Below are positions 9,685-19,690 of a stretch of DNA of 64,000 nt, in pieces. The translations under genes were made by a program, and so were the position numbers. The DNA lies in IMG/VR virus record IMGVR_UViG_3300028805_000074, positions 32,001 to 96,000 of that record. One strand, given 5' to 3'. Position 1 is the first letter of the stretch, and the number at the start of each line of letters is the position of its first letter. The DNA is from a virus. Its lineage: Duplodnaviria > Caudoviricetes. The notes under the pieces were generated by a model that was given only the letters and a program-made list of their open reading frames with translations, did no database searches and was not told the DNA's origin.

Positions 9685-10128
9685 ATGACAGTACAACAAT
9701 TAAAGGAAACGTGCCGAGTGAAAGGCATCAGTTTTATCCCACATCACGAATGCGGAGTGTGCAGACAACCTACAGGATGGTATCTGTTTGAACGCTGGCC
9801 GCCCTACGAGGTCGCCTACTCATCGGATTGCGGATGTGGCGACAGCGGAGCGCGCCGCAGTTCGTGGCAGGAAATCATCTACTGGGTATGCGACAAGGAC
9901 GGGGTGCTGCGTCCCGAATACGATTATCTGCAGCCCGTCGCCGCAGAGCACAAGCCGTCGGCCATCGAGCGCATCAAGGCCGAGCTGCTGGCAAGGAAGG
10001 AAAAGTACACCAAGCGCGGCGACGAGTCGGATGCCAATCACGACGGCAAGGGTATGTTCTGGGGCGGTGTCCTGTCGGCATTCAACGAGGCACTGACGGT
10101 AGTTGAACAAATAGAAAGGGAGGACTGA
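9685..10128 (+). CDS. hypothetical protein with Cys motifs
   Basis: CGVC ... CGC; start reassigned to MTVQQL. Confidence 0.65.
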   Translation: MTVQQLKETCRVKGISFIPHHECGVCRQPTGWYLFERWPPYEVAYSSDCGCGDSGARRSSWQEIIYWVCDKDGVLRPEYDYLQPVAAEHKPSAIERIKAELLARKEKYTKRGDESDANHDGKGMFWGGVLSAFNEALTVVEQIERED

Positions 10129-10131
10129 CCT

Positions 10132-10359
10132 ATGAAGAAGACAGAAAAGGCAGTAATGTATATCATCCTGACGCTGGCGTTTGCCGTCGGCTCGTTCATC
10201 GGCCACGGCATCGGCTGGGCGGTGTTCGACCGCCACGAGACCAGCCACGTCTGCCAGTGCGAGACGTGCAAGACCATCCGCCAGCTGGAAGCCGTCGAGG
10301 TGGTGGACTCCATCATCCACGACCGCATAGTCATCAACATCAACGGGGAGGAGCAGTAA
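10132..10359 (+). CDS. small membrane protein
   Basis: N-terminal TM helix; CQCETC. Confidence 0.6.
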   Translation: MKKTEKAVMYIILTLAFAVGSFIGHGIGWAVFDRHETSHVCQCETCKTIRQLEAVEVVDSIIHDRIVININGEEQ

Positions 10360-10360
10360 C

Positions 10361-10690
10361 ATGAACGAACAGATTGACATTGTGAACCTGCTGAAGGACA
10401 AGTCGGCGCTGCTGAAGTACATCCTCGGCATGATTACGTCGAGCGACAAGTTCGCCGCCAACCTGCCCGAACTGCGGCAGCGCGGATGGTCGGAGCAGGG
10501 GATGCTCGACAAGGTGTTGGAGGTGACGGCCATACAGTCGTCGCAGATCAAGCACCTGGCACTGATAGCCCTGCTGCTCGTGCAGTCCAACGACTTCGAC
10601 ACGATGGTGGGCCACCTGATGGTTAAGATGGGACGCGGCGAGGAAGCCCTCAAAGCGATGTTTGAAGCGAAACTGAAAGGAAAGGGGTAG
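10361..10690 (+). CDS. hypothetical protein
   Basis: coupled ORF. Confidence 0.65.
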   Translation: MNEQIDIVNLLKDKSALLKYILGMITSSDKFAANLPELRQRGWSEQGMLDKVLEVTAIQSSQIKHLALIALLLVQSNDFDTMVGHLMVKMGRGEEALKAMFEAKLKGKG

Positions 10691-10842
10691 AGCGGTATGA
10701 TGCAGGAACTGATAGACACCTTGCAAAAGGAAATGGGCGAAGGTGCAGAGATAGTAACCTTTACCGTCGTTCTGAAAAAGAACTACACGGCATATACGGT
10801 CACTCCAGACCATTTGTCTAACGATGTTTATGTTGACGAAGT

Positions 10843-11118
10843 ATGAGCCGCAAAAATACACGACATGCAAGGACGCTGGCCCATCGGCGCTATGAGCATC
10901 GCAGCCAGCAGAAGCCGGGCCGCATGCCCCGCAAGATGAAGAAGGCCTACTGCCACGGATGGCTCTACCGCCGCGACACCAGGTGGAAGCGCAAGGCCGG
11001 CAACTACAGGCGCCGCCTCCTGGTCACCCTGCACAATGCAGAGATAGTCGTCGCCAACGAACAGCACGACCGCCTCGCATCCACGATCGAGATGACCATC
11101 AGCGGCAAGGCTGAATAA
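10843..11118 (+). CDS. small basic hypothetical protein
   Basis: RMPRKMKKA motif, R/K-rich. Confidence 0.6.
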   Translation: MSRKNTRHARTLAHRRYEHRSQQKPGRMPRKMKKAYCHGWLYRRDTRWKRKAGNYRRRLLVTLHNAEIVVANEQHDRLASTIEMTISGKAE

Positions 11119-11176
11119 TTTGAAACGGATTTGGATAATTTCTCGGCGACAGCCGATAACAAAACAGAAAGAGAAT

Positions 11177-11572
11177 ATGGAGAAATCAAAATCACGGGAG
11201 CAGTTCTACAAGGCATACGCCTTCTACCAGTACCCCGATGTCATCCACGTCAAGAAGGACGGCTACCATTCCGATGTGGTCTGCCTGAAGGAGTTCGGCT
11301 CGGCCTACATGGAGGTCGTCAACGGCCCGCAGGAGGAGACGGAGATATTCGTCAAGCTGAGCTCGTTTGTCAAGTATGCCACCCGCAAGATAGGCCTGCA
11401 CATCGACTACCTGAAGGACGAGATGCAGAAGTCCGGCATGGAGCTTGGCGGCGATTACCAGTACGGATTCCACAGCAATCGTATCGAGGCGCTTCATACT
11501 GCCATCGGCACGCTCATCTGCCTGCAGTCGGAAATCGAGAAGGAAGGATTGTCAAAACTAAGGGAGGAGTGA
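11177..11572 (+). CDS. hypothetical protein
   Basis: start reassigned to MEKSKS. Confidence 0.65.
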   Translation: MEKSKSREQFYKAYAFYQYPDVIHVKKDGYHSDVVCLKEFGSAYMEVVNGPQEETEIFVKLSSFVKYATRKIGLHIDYLKDEMQKSGMELGGDYQYGFHSNRIEALHTAIGTLICLQSEIEKEGLSKLREE

Positions 11573-11576
11573 TTAT

Positions 11577-11930
11577 ATGAAGGCAAAGAAACCAAACGAG
11601 ATTCGTGAGGAGGTTCGCAAGCAGATGGCGGCAAAGTACAAGCAAGAGGTCGAGGACTGGAGAAAGACAGCCAACGAATATCGCTCGAAGTGGGCGAAAG
11701 TCTGCAACGAAATGCGAGACCTGCGCGATGAGAACGCCGAGCTGAAAGAGAAACTGGAGGCTCAGAAGGAATGGATAGAGCGGCTGATGGAGTTCGTCAA
11801 CATGCCCGACGATAAACGGTCGGCAGCAGTCAAGGAATATGTCGTCAACCGTCGTATCACGCAGGAGTTCCGCGACCTCTTCGGCCCATACTTCGACACC
11901 CTCAATCGGTTAAACATCCTAAGTTGGTAA
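11577..11930 (+). CDS. coiled-coil hypothetical protein
   Basis: heptad-rich. Confidence 0.65.
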   Translation: MKAKKPNEIREEVRKQMAAKYKQEVEDWRKTANEYRSKWAKVCNEMRDLRDENAELKEKLEAQKEWIERLMEFVNMPDDKRSAAVKEYVVNRRITQEFRDLFGPYFDTLNRLNILSW

Positions 11931-12325
11931 AGCGAATGATTATGAACAACAAGATTCAGGTAAAGAAATTCCTTGATGTCGGCGGCCGGGTTGACATGTG
12001 GCTCTACACCGACTACTGGGTATTCGAGAAGTACCCACCGCTGCTGTGCGCCAACAGCAGGGAGTCGGCAGAGAAGATGCTCGATATGCTTGACGAGATT
12101 CGCCGAAAGCTGTTGTTTAAGTATCAAGTCCCGTTATACAGCGACTTCCATCTTGTTCGTTCTGTAATCTTCAGTTGGAATGGCATCGTGTATGACTTCG
12201 GCTTCGACCGGTCGGAATACCGCAGGGCATTGATGTGTATGGACAGAGTACCTAATCATACACTGAACGGCGTTGACACTTCTCCCTATTATCTCATTGC
12301 CAAAGAAAAATGTTACAGAGGATAG
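11924..12325 (+). CDS. hypothetical protein
   Basis: ORF in operon; true start may be slightly downstream. Confidence 0.6.
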   Translation: MVKRMIMNNKIQVKKFLDVGGRVDMWLYTDYWVFEKYPPLLCANSRESAEKMLDMLDEIRRKLLFKYQVPLYSDFHLVRSVIFSWNGIVYDFGFDRSEYRRALMCMDRVPNHTLNGVDTSPYYLIAKEKCYRG

Positions 12326-12330
12326 ACATC

Positions 12331-13359
12331 ATGAGTGAAGCAAACCATATATTACCTGCATTGCCCCAGTCCTGGTCGGCCCTGACGTGGCAGCAGCTCT
12401 GCGATGTCTGGACGGCGAAGATGCGCTACGGTGGCAACCCGGACGTGGCGGCTGCGGCGGCGCTGCTGGCGCTGACGCTTGGTTCCAAGTTTCAAGTTTC
12501 AAGTTTCAAGTTCGACGAGACGACAGGAGAGAGCATCTATCACCTGAAACCTGAAACCTGTCAACCTGAAACCGGCGAAGCCATCTACGTCGTGACCGCA
12601 AGGGAACTGGCATGGATGGCGAAGCAGGCCCTGCCCTGGCTGGCGTTCCCCTACGGCGACCAGGGCGACCGCGAGGAGCGCGACGACGAGGGCAAGGTGG
12701 TCCGCGAGCGCCGCGAGGGACATCCGGGCTACGTCAACCCCGCCACCGACTGGCGCGACGCCATGGCCCTGCCCCAGGAGACGGTCACGATAGACGGCAT
12801 CACCTTCGCCCTGCCCCAGGTGGCGATGAACAATCTGACGTGGCACCAGTACCGCGCCCTGCAGGCCATCGTGCCGATGATATTCCAGGAGGGCACGAGC
12901 GACGACGACAAGCTCTCGATGCAGGCCCAGTTCCTCGCCTACGCGATGACGCCCGAGGCAGTTTCAAGTTCCGCCGCCGACCCCTTCGCCCCCCGCCACC
13001 GCTTCAAGTACGACGCCGACCGCGCCGAGCAGACCGTCGCCTTCTGGCGCGAGCAGCTGGCGCAGGGCAGCCCCCTGTTCCACATCTGCTTCCAGGTGTA
13101 TCAGACCGCGATGCAGAATTACTATCCCTCGGTCTATCCCCTGCTGTTCGGCGGCTCCTCGTCGAAGAGCGACCCCCTCCACACCGCCCTCAGCGGCGAG
13201 GTGGACACGATCAACGCCGTGATGAAGTACCAAGGCTACAACGACCCCCAGCAGGTCTATGACGCCAACCTGCCCATCGTCTTCGGCACCCTGAACACCA
13301 TGACCAAGGAGGCGAAGGAAATCGAGAAGATGAACCAGAAAATCAAAAGGAAACATTAA
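12331..13359 (+). CDS. Bacteroidetes phage protein (possible tail assembly chaperone)
   Basis: LPQSWSALTWQQ N-terminus; carries an in-frame heptamer-repeat insertion; function is a guess. Confidence 0.5.
   Translation: MSEANHILPALPQSWSALTWQQLCDVWTAKMRYGGNPDVAAAAALLALTLGSKFQVSSFKFDETTGESIYHLKPETCQPETGEAIYVVTARELAWMAKQALPWLAFPYGDQGDREERDDEGKVVRERREGHPGYVNPATDWRDAMALPQETVTIDGITFALPQVAMNNLTWHQYRALQAIVPMIFQEGTSDDDKLSMQAQFLAYAMTPEAVSSSAADPFAPRHRFKYDADRAEQTVAFWREQLAQGSPLFHICFQVYQTAMQNYYPSVYPLLFGGSSSKSDPLHTALSGEVDTINAVMKYQGYNDPQQVYDANLPIVFGTLNTMTKEAKEIEKMNQKIKRKH
12482..12573. repeat. inverted heptamer arrays (GTTTCAA)n ... (CTGAAAC)n inside a CDS
   Basis: about 4 units per arm; translated as SKFQVSSFKF...HLKPETCQPET. 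Confidence 0.75.
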
Positions 13360-13371
13360 AGATAAGGAATT

Positions 13372-14139
13372 ATGATTGATTTATTTGGAATTAAAGCGCG
13401 ACGGCTTGCCAAGGCACAAGCCGAGAAGCAAAAGTATCAGGAAAGGAAAGAGCGGATTGATGCTTACCTGACGGAATATCGAAAGGAAGAGCAGAAGAAG
13501 GCGAGTAAGGAGTACGCCGAACGGCAGAAGCATGCAGACGGTGTTAATTCTCAATGCCCGAAATGCAAGTCAAAGAACGTCATCCATCACATCATCCGCA
13601 CCAAAGGGGAAATCCACGGAGAAGGTTCGTCCTATTCATCCAGTACGCACTTTCTCATAGGATCCAGTTCGTCGTATGGCAGTCACTCCCGCTTAGACGG
13701 AAAGGTTGACACGCTGCCCGTCAACAAGTGTCAGGACTGCGGCAACGAGTGGAACATCGAAAAGGCAGAGTACCCTGAAGCAGAAAACATATTTGGTGGT
13801 TGCGACTCGCACTTCCTCTTCAGTGCCATCAATCAGTATCTCAAAATCAAGTATGACCCGTTTGATAAGACCGAGCCGTATAACTCATTGGAAGAAAAGC
13901 GTGAAGAGTTCTGCAAGAAAGAGTCTGGATATTATTATGCCGGTAAATACCGAAGTGTACCCAGATTCATGCTGGACTATGCCGTAGCCCGTGGTGGCAG
14001 GAGTGAATTTAGTTACGAAGAAGACACTGCAAAGGCTTTCGGCTTCTTGAACGACAACGACGAATACTCTTATATCATGCCCGACAAGATATGGGAAATT
14101 GCCAAGAAGATTATCCGATGGGAAGGGAATGAAGAATAA
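13372..14139 (+). CDS. zinc-ribbon protein, AT-richer than neighbours
   Basis: CPKCKS ... CQDCGNEW. Confidence 0.7.
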   Translation: MIDLFGIKARRLAKAQAEKQKYQERKERIDAYLTEYRKEEQKKASKEYAERQKHADGVNSQCPKCKSKNVIHHIIRTKGEIHGEGSSYSSSTHFLIGSSSSYGSHSRLDGKVDTLPVNKCQDCGNEWNIEKAEYPEAENIFGGCDSHFLFSAINQYLKIKYDPFDKTEPYNSLEEKREEFCKKESGYYYAGKYRSVPRFMLDYAVARGGRSEFSYEEDTAKAFGFLNDNDEYSYIMPDKIWEIAKKIIRWEGNEE

Positions 14140-14157
14140 ATTTAAAGCTACGAGATT

Positions 14158-14472
14158 ATGGAGAATGACGAAATCAAAATGTTTAAGGAGCAAGAGCGAG
14201 CCTCGATGATACGAGGGTATGCCAACGGCTATACAGCCCACTGGATAGACATGCACCCTCACGGTAAGACATACCGAACGCTTGACAATGCCAGCGGACT
14301 TGTAGCCCTACCTGAAGAGCAGATAATGCTGTTGCATCGTGACGGACCTGTCGTGATGTTCCTTGAAACCACAGGCGACCTCGATAGAATTGAAAAGGAA
14401 ATGCGCTTGGTGAGAACGGTAGACTATCCTAATGCGCAGTTACCACCATTAAACAGAAGGAAGAGTGAATGA
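14158..14472 (+). CDS. hypothetical protein
   Basis: ORF in operon. Confidence 0.6.
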   Translation: MENDEIKMFKEQERASMIRGYANGYTAHWIDMHPHGKTYRTLDNASGLVALPEEQIMLLHRDGPVVMFLETTGDLDRIEKEMRLVRTVDYPNAQLPPLNRRKSE

Positions 14473-14628
14473 TGATCGACAGACTTATACATGAATACCT
14501 CAGTGCGACCGACGACGAGCGTGCCGCCTTCCACGAAAGGGTGGCTCAGTGCGGACTGTCGGCAGCGGAACTCGTCAAGGCCGCCAATACGCTAAGTGAA
14601 ATTGCAAGGAACATTCAAACAAAATAAT

Positions 14629-14910
14629 ATGAAATTACAAACATTGTCACGAGTGGAGTTTGCGTTCAACGTGTTTATCGCAATCGTAATGCTCCCGTTC
14701 TGTATTATAAACATTGTCTTGTGGGTTGTAAGATACCCGTTTGACCGCATTGTCGATTTACTTGCATTGCTGCGGCAGCGGGTAGGCAACATACTGCTAA
14801 AGAAGTCCGACGAGGTGAAGGACGGTACGATATGCAATCCGATGTGCCTGCGTCAATACACCGCACGGTTTGCACTGAAAGAGTTAAAGAGACAAGCAAA
14901 TTTGAAATAA
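14629..14910 (+). CDS. small membrane protein
   Basis: TM segment FAFNVFIAIVMLPFCIINIVLWVV. Confidence 0.55.
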   Translation: MKLQTLSRVEFAFNVFIAIVMLPFCIINIVLWVVRYPFDRIVDLLALLRQRVGNILLKKSDEVKDGTICNPMCLRQYTARFALKELKRQANLK

Positions 14911-14916
14911 AAGATT

Positions 14917-15219
14917 ATGGACTCGAAATTCAAGAAACAGATAGTGGACGGCTCGGAAACGATAGAGCAGCTGGCAAAGAAGATTTGTGGATATAGCCAC
15001 TTCGCCTACGAGAACGACGACCGCGAACACCCGATACCCATCAAGGCCGTCGAAGAATATCTAAGCGTCGGTGTGATGTTCGCCGACAAGAAACTGAAGC
15101 AGCTAAAGCAACTGGCCGATGCGATGTACTCGGCGGCGCAGTACCTTACCACCGACGCCTCGCGACTGCACAAGGCAATGGAAGAGTATCGACAGTTTAT
15201 CATTCACCTAAACAAATAA
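14917..15219 (+). CDS. hypothetical protein
   Basis: ORF in operon. Confidence 0.65.
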   Translation: MDSKFKKQIVDGSETIEQLAKKICGYSHFAYENDDREHPIPIKAVEEYLSVGVMFADKKLKQLKQLADAMYSAAQYLTTDASRLHKAMEEYRQFIIHLNK

Positions 15220-15224
15220 AGGTT

Positions 15225-15662
15225 ATGGAAGAAATTATCACAGACTTCGGCGAGGTCAGACTGTCGCTGAAGGAGTACAACGAAATGCGTGACAAGATCC
15301 GCAAGTTGGAAGAAGACAACGACGCGCTGGTGGAAGAGCGCGACCAGATTTGCGACGAGAACAAGGTGAGGGTGCGCCGGCAGACCATCGTCGAGACCCG
15401 CCTGACGACCAATCCCCGTGCCCTCGGTACGAAGGAAATCATCGAGGATAGGCTGGAGAACTGCGAGGACTTGAAGCAGGAAATCGACGCGAAAATCAAA
15501 GAGTGCGAAGAGGGTTGGATAAAGAAAGCCGACGAACTGCAGGAGAATCTCGACCGTGCGGAGAAGTCGCTTGAACAGTGCCAGCGGCAGAAGTTAGACG
15601 TCGAACTGGAACTGCAACGCCTGAAGGGACGTAACTGGTGGCAGCGATTGTGGAACATGTAA
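15225..15662 (+). CDS. coiled-coil protein
   Basis: ends LKGRNWWQRLWN, a common phage C-terminus. Confidence 0.7.
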   Translation: MEEIITDFGEVRLSLKEYNEMRDKIRKLEEDNDALVEERDQICDENKVRVRRQTIVETRLTTNPRALGTKEIIEDRLENCEDLKQEIDAKIKECEEGWIKKADELQENLDRAEKSLEQCQRQKLDVELELQRLKGRNWWQRLWNM

Positions 15663-15674
15663 ACTGTAAGGATT

Positions 15675-16652
15675 ATGAAGATACTATCAAGACCAAAAGG
15701 AAATGCCGAGGAGTACGGACGCTGGGCGGTGAACGCCTACCTCGGATGCCCAAACCGCTGCAAATACTGCTACCTGCAGTCAGGCCCCGGCGCGAAGAAC
15801 CTGGGCGGCTCGGTGGCGAAACTGAAGACGCACGTCATCAACGAGGAGCACGCCTACCACCTGGCGATGGCCGAAATCATCGAGAACCGCGAGGCCATCA
15901 TCCGCGACGGCGGACTGTTCTTCACGTTCACCAGCGACCCGTGCATCAAGGATACGCGCAATCTGAATTTCACTATCGCCCACGACGCCCTGATGATGCG
16001 CATACCAGTAACGATGCTCACCAAAGACGCTACATTTCTCAACCTCGACCCGTTCGACGAGGAAATAATCGGCCTTGACAAAGAGGAAGACTGGCGGCGT
16101 AGCATTCCGTTCTATCATTCAGGCAGCGGACATCTCAGCTTCATCGACAATCCGCACTTCACAACCGACACGGCCATCATCGCCTTTGGCTTCACGCTTA
16201 CAGGTCACGATGAACTGGAGCCTAACGCCTCGCCTAATGAGGAGCGTATCAACGCCATGCAACGCCTGAACGAAAGAAACTTCAAGACATGGGCCTCGAT
16301 TGAGCCGGTCATCGAATTTCGCAGAAGCTACCGCATGATTCAGCAGGCGCTCGACGCAGGCTGCCGGCACTTCAAGATTGGCCTGATGACCAGCCGCACG
16401 AAGGTGTGCCGCAAGGGCTTCACGCTGGGCGGACAGGCCTTCGAGCCCTACGACCCCGCCCGCTGCCTGGCCTTCGTGCAGGACGTGATGCAGCTGACCC
16501 GCGACCGCGCCACCGTCTACTGGAAGCAGTCGTTCCGCGAGTTCATCGGCGGCACCCCGGCGCACCGCCTCTTTACCGACGACGAGCTACACAATATCTT
16601 CGACGACTACCCCAACGCCGTCGGCAAGGACTGGACGATGTTCAATATATAA
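15675..16652 (+). CDS. radical SAM protein (SplB/spore-photoproduct-lyase-like phage family)
   Basis: NAYLGCPNRCKYCY CxxxCxxC; TSDP, LTK and WASIEP motifs. Confidence 0.8.
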   Translation: MKILSRPKGNAEEYGRWAVNAYLGCPNRCKYCYLQSGPGAKNLGGSVAKLKTHVINEEHAYHLAMAEIIENREAIIRDGGLFFTFTSDPCIKDTRNLNFTIAHDALMMRIPVTMLTKDATFLNLDPFDEEIIGLDKEEDWRRSIPFYHSGSGHLSFIDNPHFTTDTAIIAFGFTLTGHDELEPNASPNEERINAMQRLNERNFKTWASIEPVIEFRRSYRMIQQALDAGCRHFKIGLMTSRTKVCRKGFTLGGQAFEPYDPARCLAFVQDVMQLTRDRATVYWKQSFREFIGGTPAHRLFTDDELHNIFDDYPNAVGKDWTMFNI

Positions 16653-16663
16653 AGGTAACGACT

Positions 16664-16837
16664 ATGGCAAACCGAGACATCACCTACTGCAACGGAAAAG
16701 GCTGCGGACTGCGCGAGCGCTGCCGCCGCTACGTGGACGGCCAGCGGATAATGACGAGCCAACAGGAGGGCCAGTACTACTGGATGGACAATTGCGACGA
16801 GGAGCATCGCGACGGATATGTGGAATTAACAACTTAA
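16664..16837 (+). CDS. small Cys-rich phage protein
   Basis: DITYCNGKGCGLRERCRRY. Confidence 0.6.
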   Translation: MANRDITYCNGKGCGLRERCRRYVDGQRIMTSQQEGQYYWMDNCDEEHRDGYVELTT

Positions 16838-16851
16838 AACAGATAAACATT

Positions 16852-17304
16852 ATGCAAGCAATCGACAAGAAGACAGGCATACTGATGGAGGTATTGCCAT
16901 CGAGCAAAAAGAGTGACGAAGGCAGCGATGTAATGGTGAGTCTTCAAGGATTCCGTTACCGCCGCGACGAACTGGAGTTCCCAGAGCAGCCGGTGGAGCC
17001 ACAGAGACTCTATGCGGTGCTGGAAAACGGACATGAGTTCGACGACCTGGATGCAGGCGAGTCGTCGCCTGTGTTCCTCTCGACCGACCACCGCCGCGCC
17101 CGCAGCATCTACAACCGCCTCGTGATACAGGCACGTCAGCAGGGGCTGGAAGGGAAGAAGCAGTACGGCGACGACTACTATGAAGAGGATGACGAGAACA
17201 ACGAGAACATGTTCTGCTACTACCTCGGCAAGTGGTGCTATACCTACCGCTTCGAGGAGTACCTGATGGACTCAGAGCGTGTAAAAGCAAGAAACGATTT
17301 TTGA
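16852..17304 (+). CDS. hypothetical protein
   Basis: start reassigned to MQAIDKKTG. Confidence 0.65.
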   Translation: MQAIDKKTGILMEVLPSSKKSDEGSDVMVSLQGFRYRRDELEFPEQPVEPQRLYAVLENGHEFDDLDAGESSPVFLSTDHRRARSIYNRLVIQARQQGLEGKKQYGDDYYEEDDENNENMFCYYLGKWCYTYRFEEYLMDSERVKARNDF

Positions 17305-17319
17305 AACTTTACCAGTGGA

Positions 17320-17562
17320 ATGAGTATAAAAGTGAGACGGTTTAACATTGAGCAGAACGGTGCCGTGATGACTAAGGACGGCGAGTTCCTGCACATCAAC
17401 GACATTATGCTGTTGTTGAAAGAAGAGCGTGAGTCGGCGGTGAACTGCATGAAGATCCATGAAGAAGCAGAAACGGATTTTTCTCAAAAGCAGCTGTTTG
17501 CATACAAGCATCAAGTGGATTTTATCAACAAATTGATTAACAAGATAAGAAAACAGGATTGA
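17320..17562 (+). CDS. hypothetical protein
   Basis: ORF in operon. Confidence 0.55.
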   Translation: MSIKVRRFNIEQNGAVMTKDGEFLHINDIMLLLKEERESAVNCMKIHEEAETDFSQKQLFAYKHQVDFINKLINKIRKQD

Positions 17563-17565
17563 CTT

Positions 17566-17838
17566 ATGGCAAAGACTATCGAAGAATTATCAGAGGAATA
17601 TACTGAAATCCAAATGAGCATCATCATTACGGCTGGCGAAGATGATGACAACTCTATTGCCGAGTATATTCAGGAGGCATGTAAGTATGGTGCAAACACC
17701 GTGCTTGAAGAAGTGAAGTCGGAAATAAAAAGGGCTTTCCTTGAAGACTACAATGACTTCTCTGATTACGACAGAGACCTTGCACAAGGTGTGCTTGGCT
17801 CTATAGATATTTTCATTGAAAGACTAAAATGTAGTTAG
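17566..17838 (+). CDS. hypothetical protein
   Basis: ORF in operon. Confidence 0.6.
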   Translation: MAKTIEELSEEYTEIQMSIIITAGEDDDNSIAEYIQEACKYGANTVLEEVKSEIKRAFLEDYNDFSDYDRDLAQGVLGSIDIFIERLKCS

Positions 17839-17841
17839 ACT

Positions 17842-19446
17842 ATGGCAAGAAACGAAGATATCAACCTATTATACATCGACCTGTTCTGTGGGGCGGGCGG
17901 CACGTCAACGGGCGTGGAGTATGCCCGGCACGACGGGATGCCGTGCGCCAAGGTGGTGGCCTGCGTGAATCACGACAAGAATGCCATTCTCTCGCATCAG
18001 GCCAACCATCCGCACACGCTCCACTTCACCGAGGACATCCGCACGCTGGAACTGTCGCCGATGGTGAGCCACCTGCAGAAGATGAAGGCCGAATACCCCA
18101 AGGCCCGCGTGGTGTTATGGGCGAGTTTGGAATGTACGAACTTCAGCAAGGCGAAGGGCGGGCAGCCGCGCGATGCCGACAGCCGGACGCTGGCCGAGCA
18201 CCTGTTCCGCTACATCGAGGCGCTGCAGCCCGATTACATACAAATAGAGAACGTGGAGGAGTTTATGTGCTGGGGCGAACTGGACGAGCACGGCAAGCCC
18301 ATCAGCAAGCGCAAGGGGATTGACTACATGCGCTGGGTGATGCACGTCTGCGACTACGGCTACGACTTCGGGTGGCGCATCCTGAACGCTGCCGACTTCG
18401 GGGCCTACACCTCGCGCAAGCGGTACTTCGGGCAGTTCGCCAGGAAGGGACTGCCGATAGCCTTCCCACAGCAGACCCACGCCAAAAACGGCGACGAGGG
18501 CGGCATGTTCAAGATGTACAAGAAGTGGCGGCCCGTGCGCGAAGTGCTCGACCTCGACGACGACGGCGAGAGCATCTTCACTCGCAAGAAACCGCTGTGC
18601 GAGAAGACATTGGAGCGCATCTATGCCGGACTGGTGAAATTCGTGGCTGGCGGTAAGAAGCAGCACGAGCAGTTTATGATGCGATACAACACGGTGAGGG
18701 CGCAGGACACGGTGAAGTCGATTGAAGAGCCGTGCGGCGTGGTGACTACGGAGAACCGCTTTGCCAAGGTGAAGTGCCAGTTCCTCTCGAAGCAGTTCAG
18801 CGGCGACCCGTCGGGCAAGAACATCGACCTGGAGCAGCCCGCCGGCACCGTAACTTGTAAGGATCATCACGCCTTCGTTACCGCCTATTACGGCAACGGC
18901 TTCAACACAAGCATCGACGACCCGGCTCCCACCGTCACCACTAAGGACAGGATTTCGCTGGTGACGACGAAGTTCTTAGACAACCAGTACGGCAAGAGCA
19001 AGCCCACGTCCATCGACGCCCCGTCGCCTACCCTTCTGAACAATCCCAAGCAGAAAATCGTGTCGGCGCAGTATCTGATGAACCCGCAGTATCAGAGCGA
19101 CGGCGGCAGCATCGACAAGCCCTGCTTCACGCTCATTGCCCGCATGGACAAGATGCCGCCCTATCTGATTACCACCAAGGAGGGCGTGGTGGGCATCGCC
19201 ATCTACGACGACGACAGCCCCTGGACGCGACGGGTCAAGGAGTTCATGGCCGCCTACGGCATCGTGGACATCTGTATGCGTATGCTCAACATCGGCGAAC
19301 TGAAGCGCATCATGGGCTTCCCGACGGACTACACCCTCATAGGCACCCAGGCCGAGCAGAAGAAGTTCATCGGCAACGCCGTCGAGGTGAACATGAGCCG
19401 CGTGCTCTGCGAGGCCCTGAGCGAGCGACTGAGACAGATAGCGTAA
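17842..19446 (+). CDS. orphan DNA (cytosine-5)-methyltransferase
   Basis: motif I DLFCGAGG, motif IV SLECTNFS (catalytic Cys), VI ENV, VIII RKRYF, X GNAV; no adjacent restriction enzyme. Confidence 0.92.
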   Translation: MARNEDINLLYIDLFCGAGGTSTGVEYARHDGMPCAKVVACVNHDKNAILSHQANHPHTLHFTEDIRTLELSPMVSHLQKMKAEYPKARVVLWASLECTNFSKAKGGQPRDADSRTLAEHLFRYIEALQPDYIQIENVEEFMCWGELDEHGKPISKRKGIDYMRWVMHVCDYGYDFGWRILNAADFGAYTSRKRYFGQFARKGLPIAFPQQTHAKNGDEGGMFKMYKKWRPVREVLDLDDDGESIFTRKKPLCEKTLERIYAGLVKFVAGGKKQHEQFMMRYNTVRAQDTVKSIEEPCGVVTTENRFAKVKCQFLSKQFSGDPSGKNIDLEQPAGTVTCKDHHAFVTAYYGNGFNTSIDDPAPTVTTKDRISLVTTKFLDNQYGKSKPTSIDAPSPTLLNNPKQKIVSAQYLMNPQYQSDGGSIDKPCFTLIARMDKMPPYLITTKEGVVGIAIYDDDSPWTRRVKEFMAAYGIVDICMRMLNIGELKRIMGFPTDYTLIGTQAEQKKFIGNAVEVNMSRVLCEALSERLRQIA

Positions 19447-19471
19447 CAAACAAATAGAAAGGAATAAGCGT

Positions 19472-19690
19472 ATGATACACTTTGGAAAAGAACCGTCGGG
19501 CGACCTGCAAATCTGCATCAGCCCCGACGAAGTGGGAGAAATCTTCGACCTGCTGCAGACCGCCGGACTGCTGCAGCGCCGCACGTTCGACGCGCTGGGC
19601 ACTTACATCAGGAAAGAGTTCGCCGCCGAGCTGGAGCAGTACCGCCGCCGCATGACGGCACAGATACCGAGAAAGGAGGGCGAGGGATGA
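19472..19690 (+). CDS. hypothetical protein
   Basis: ORF in operon. Confidence 0.6.
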   Translation: MIHFGKEPSGDLQICISPDEVGEIFDLLQTAGLLQRRTFDALGTYIRKEFAAELEQYRRRMTAQIPRKEGEG

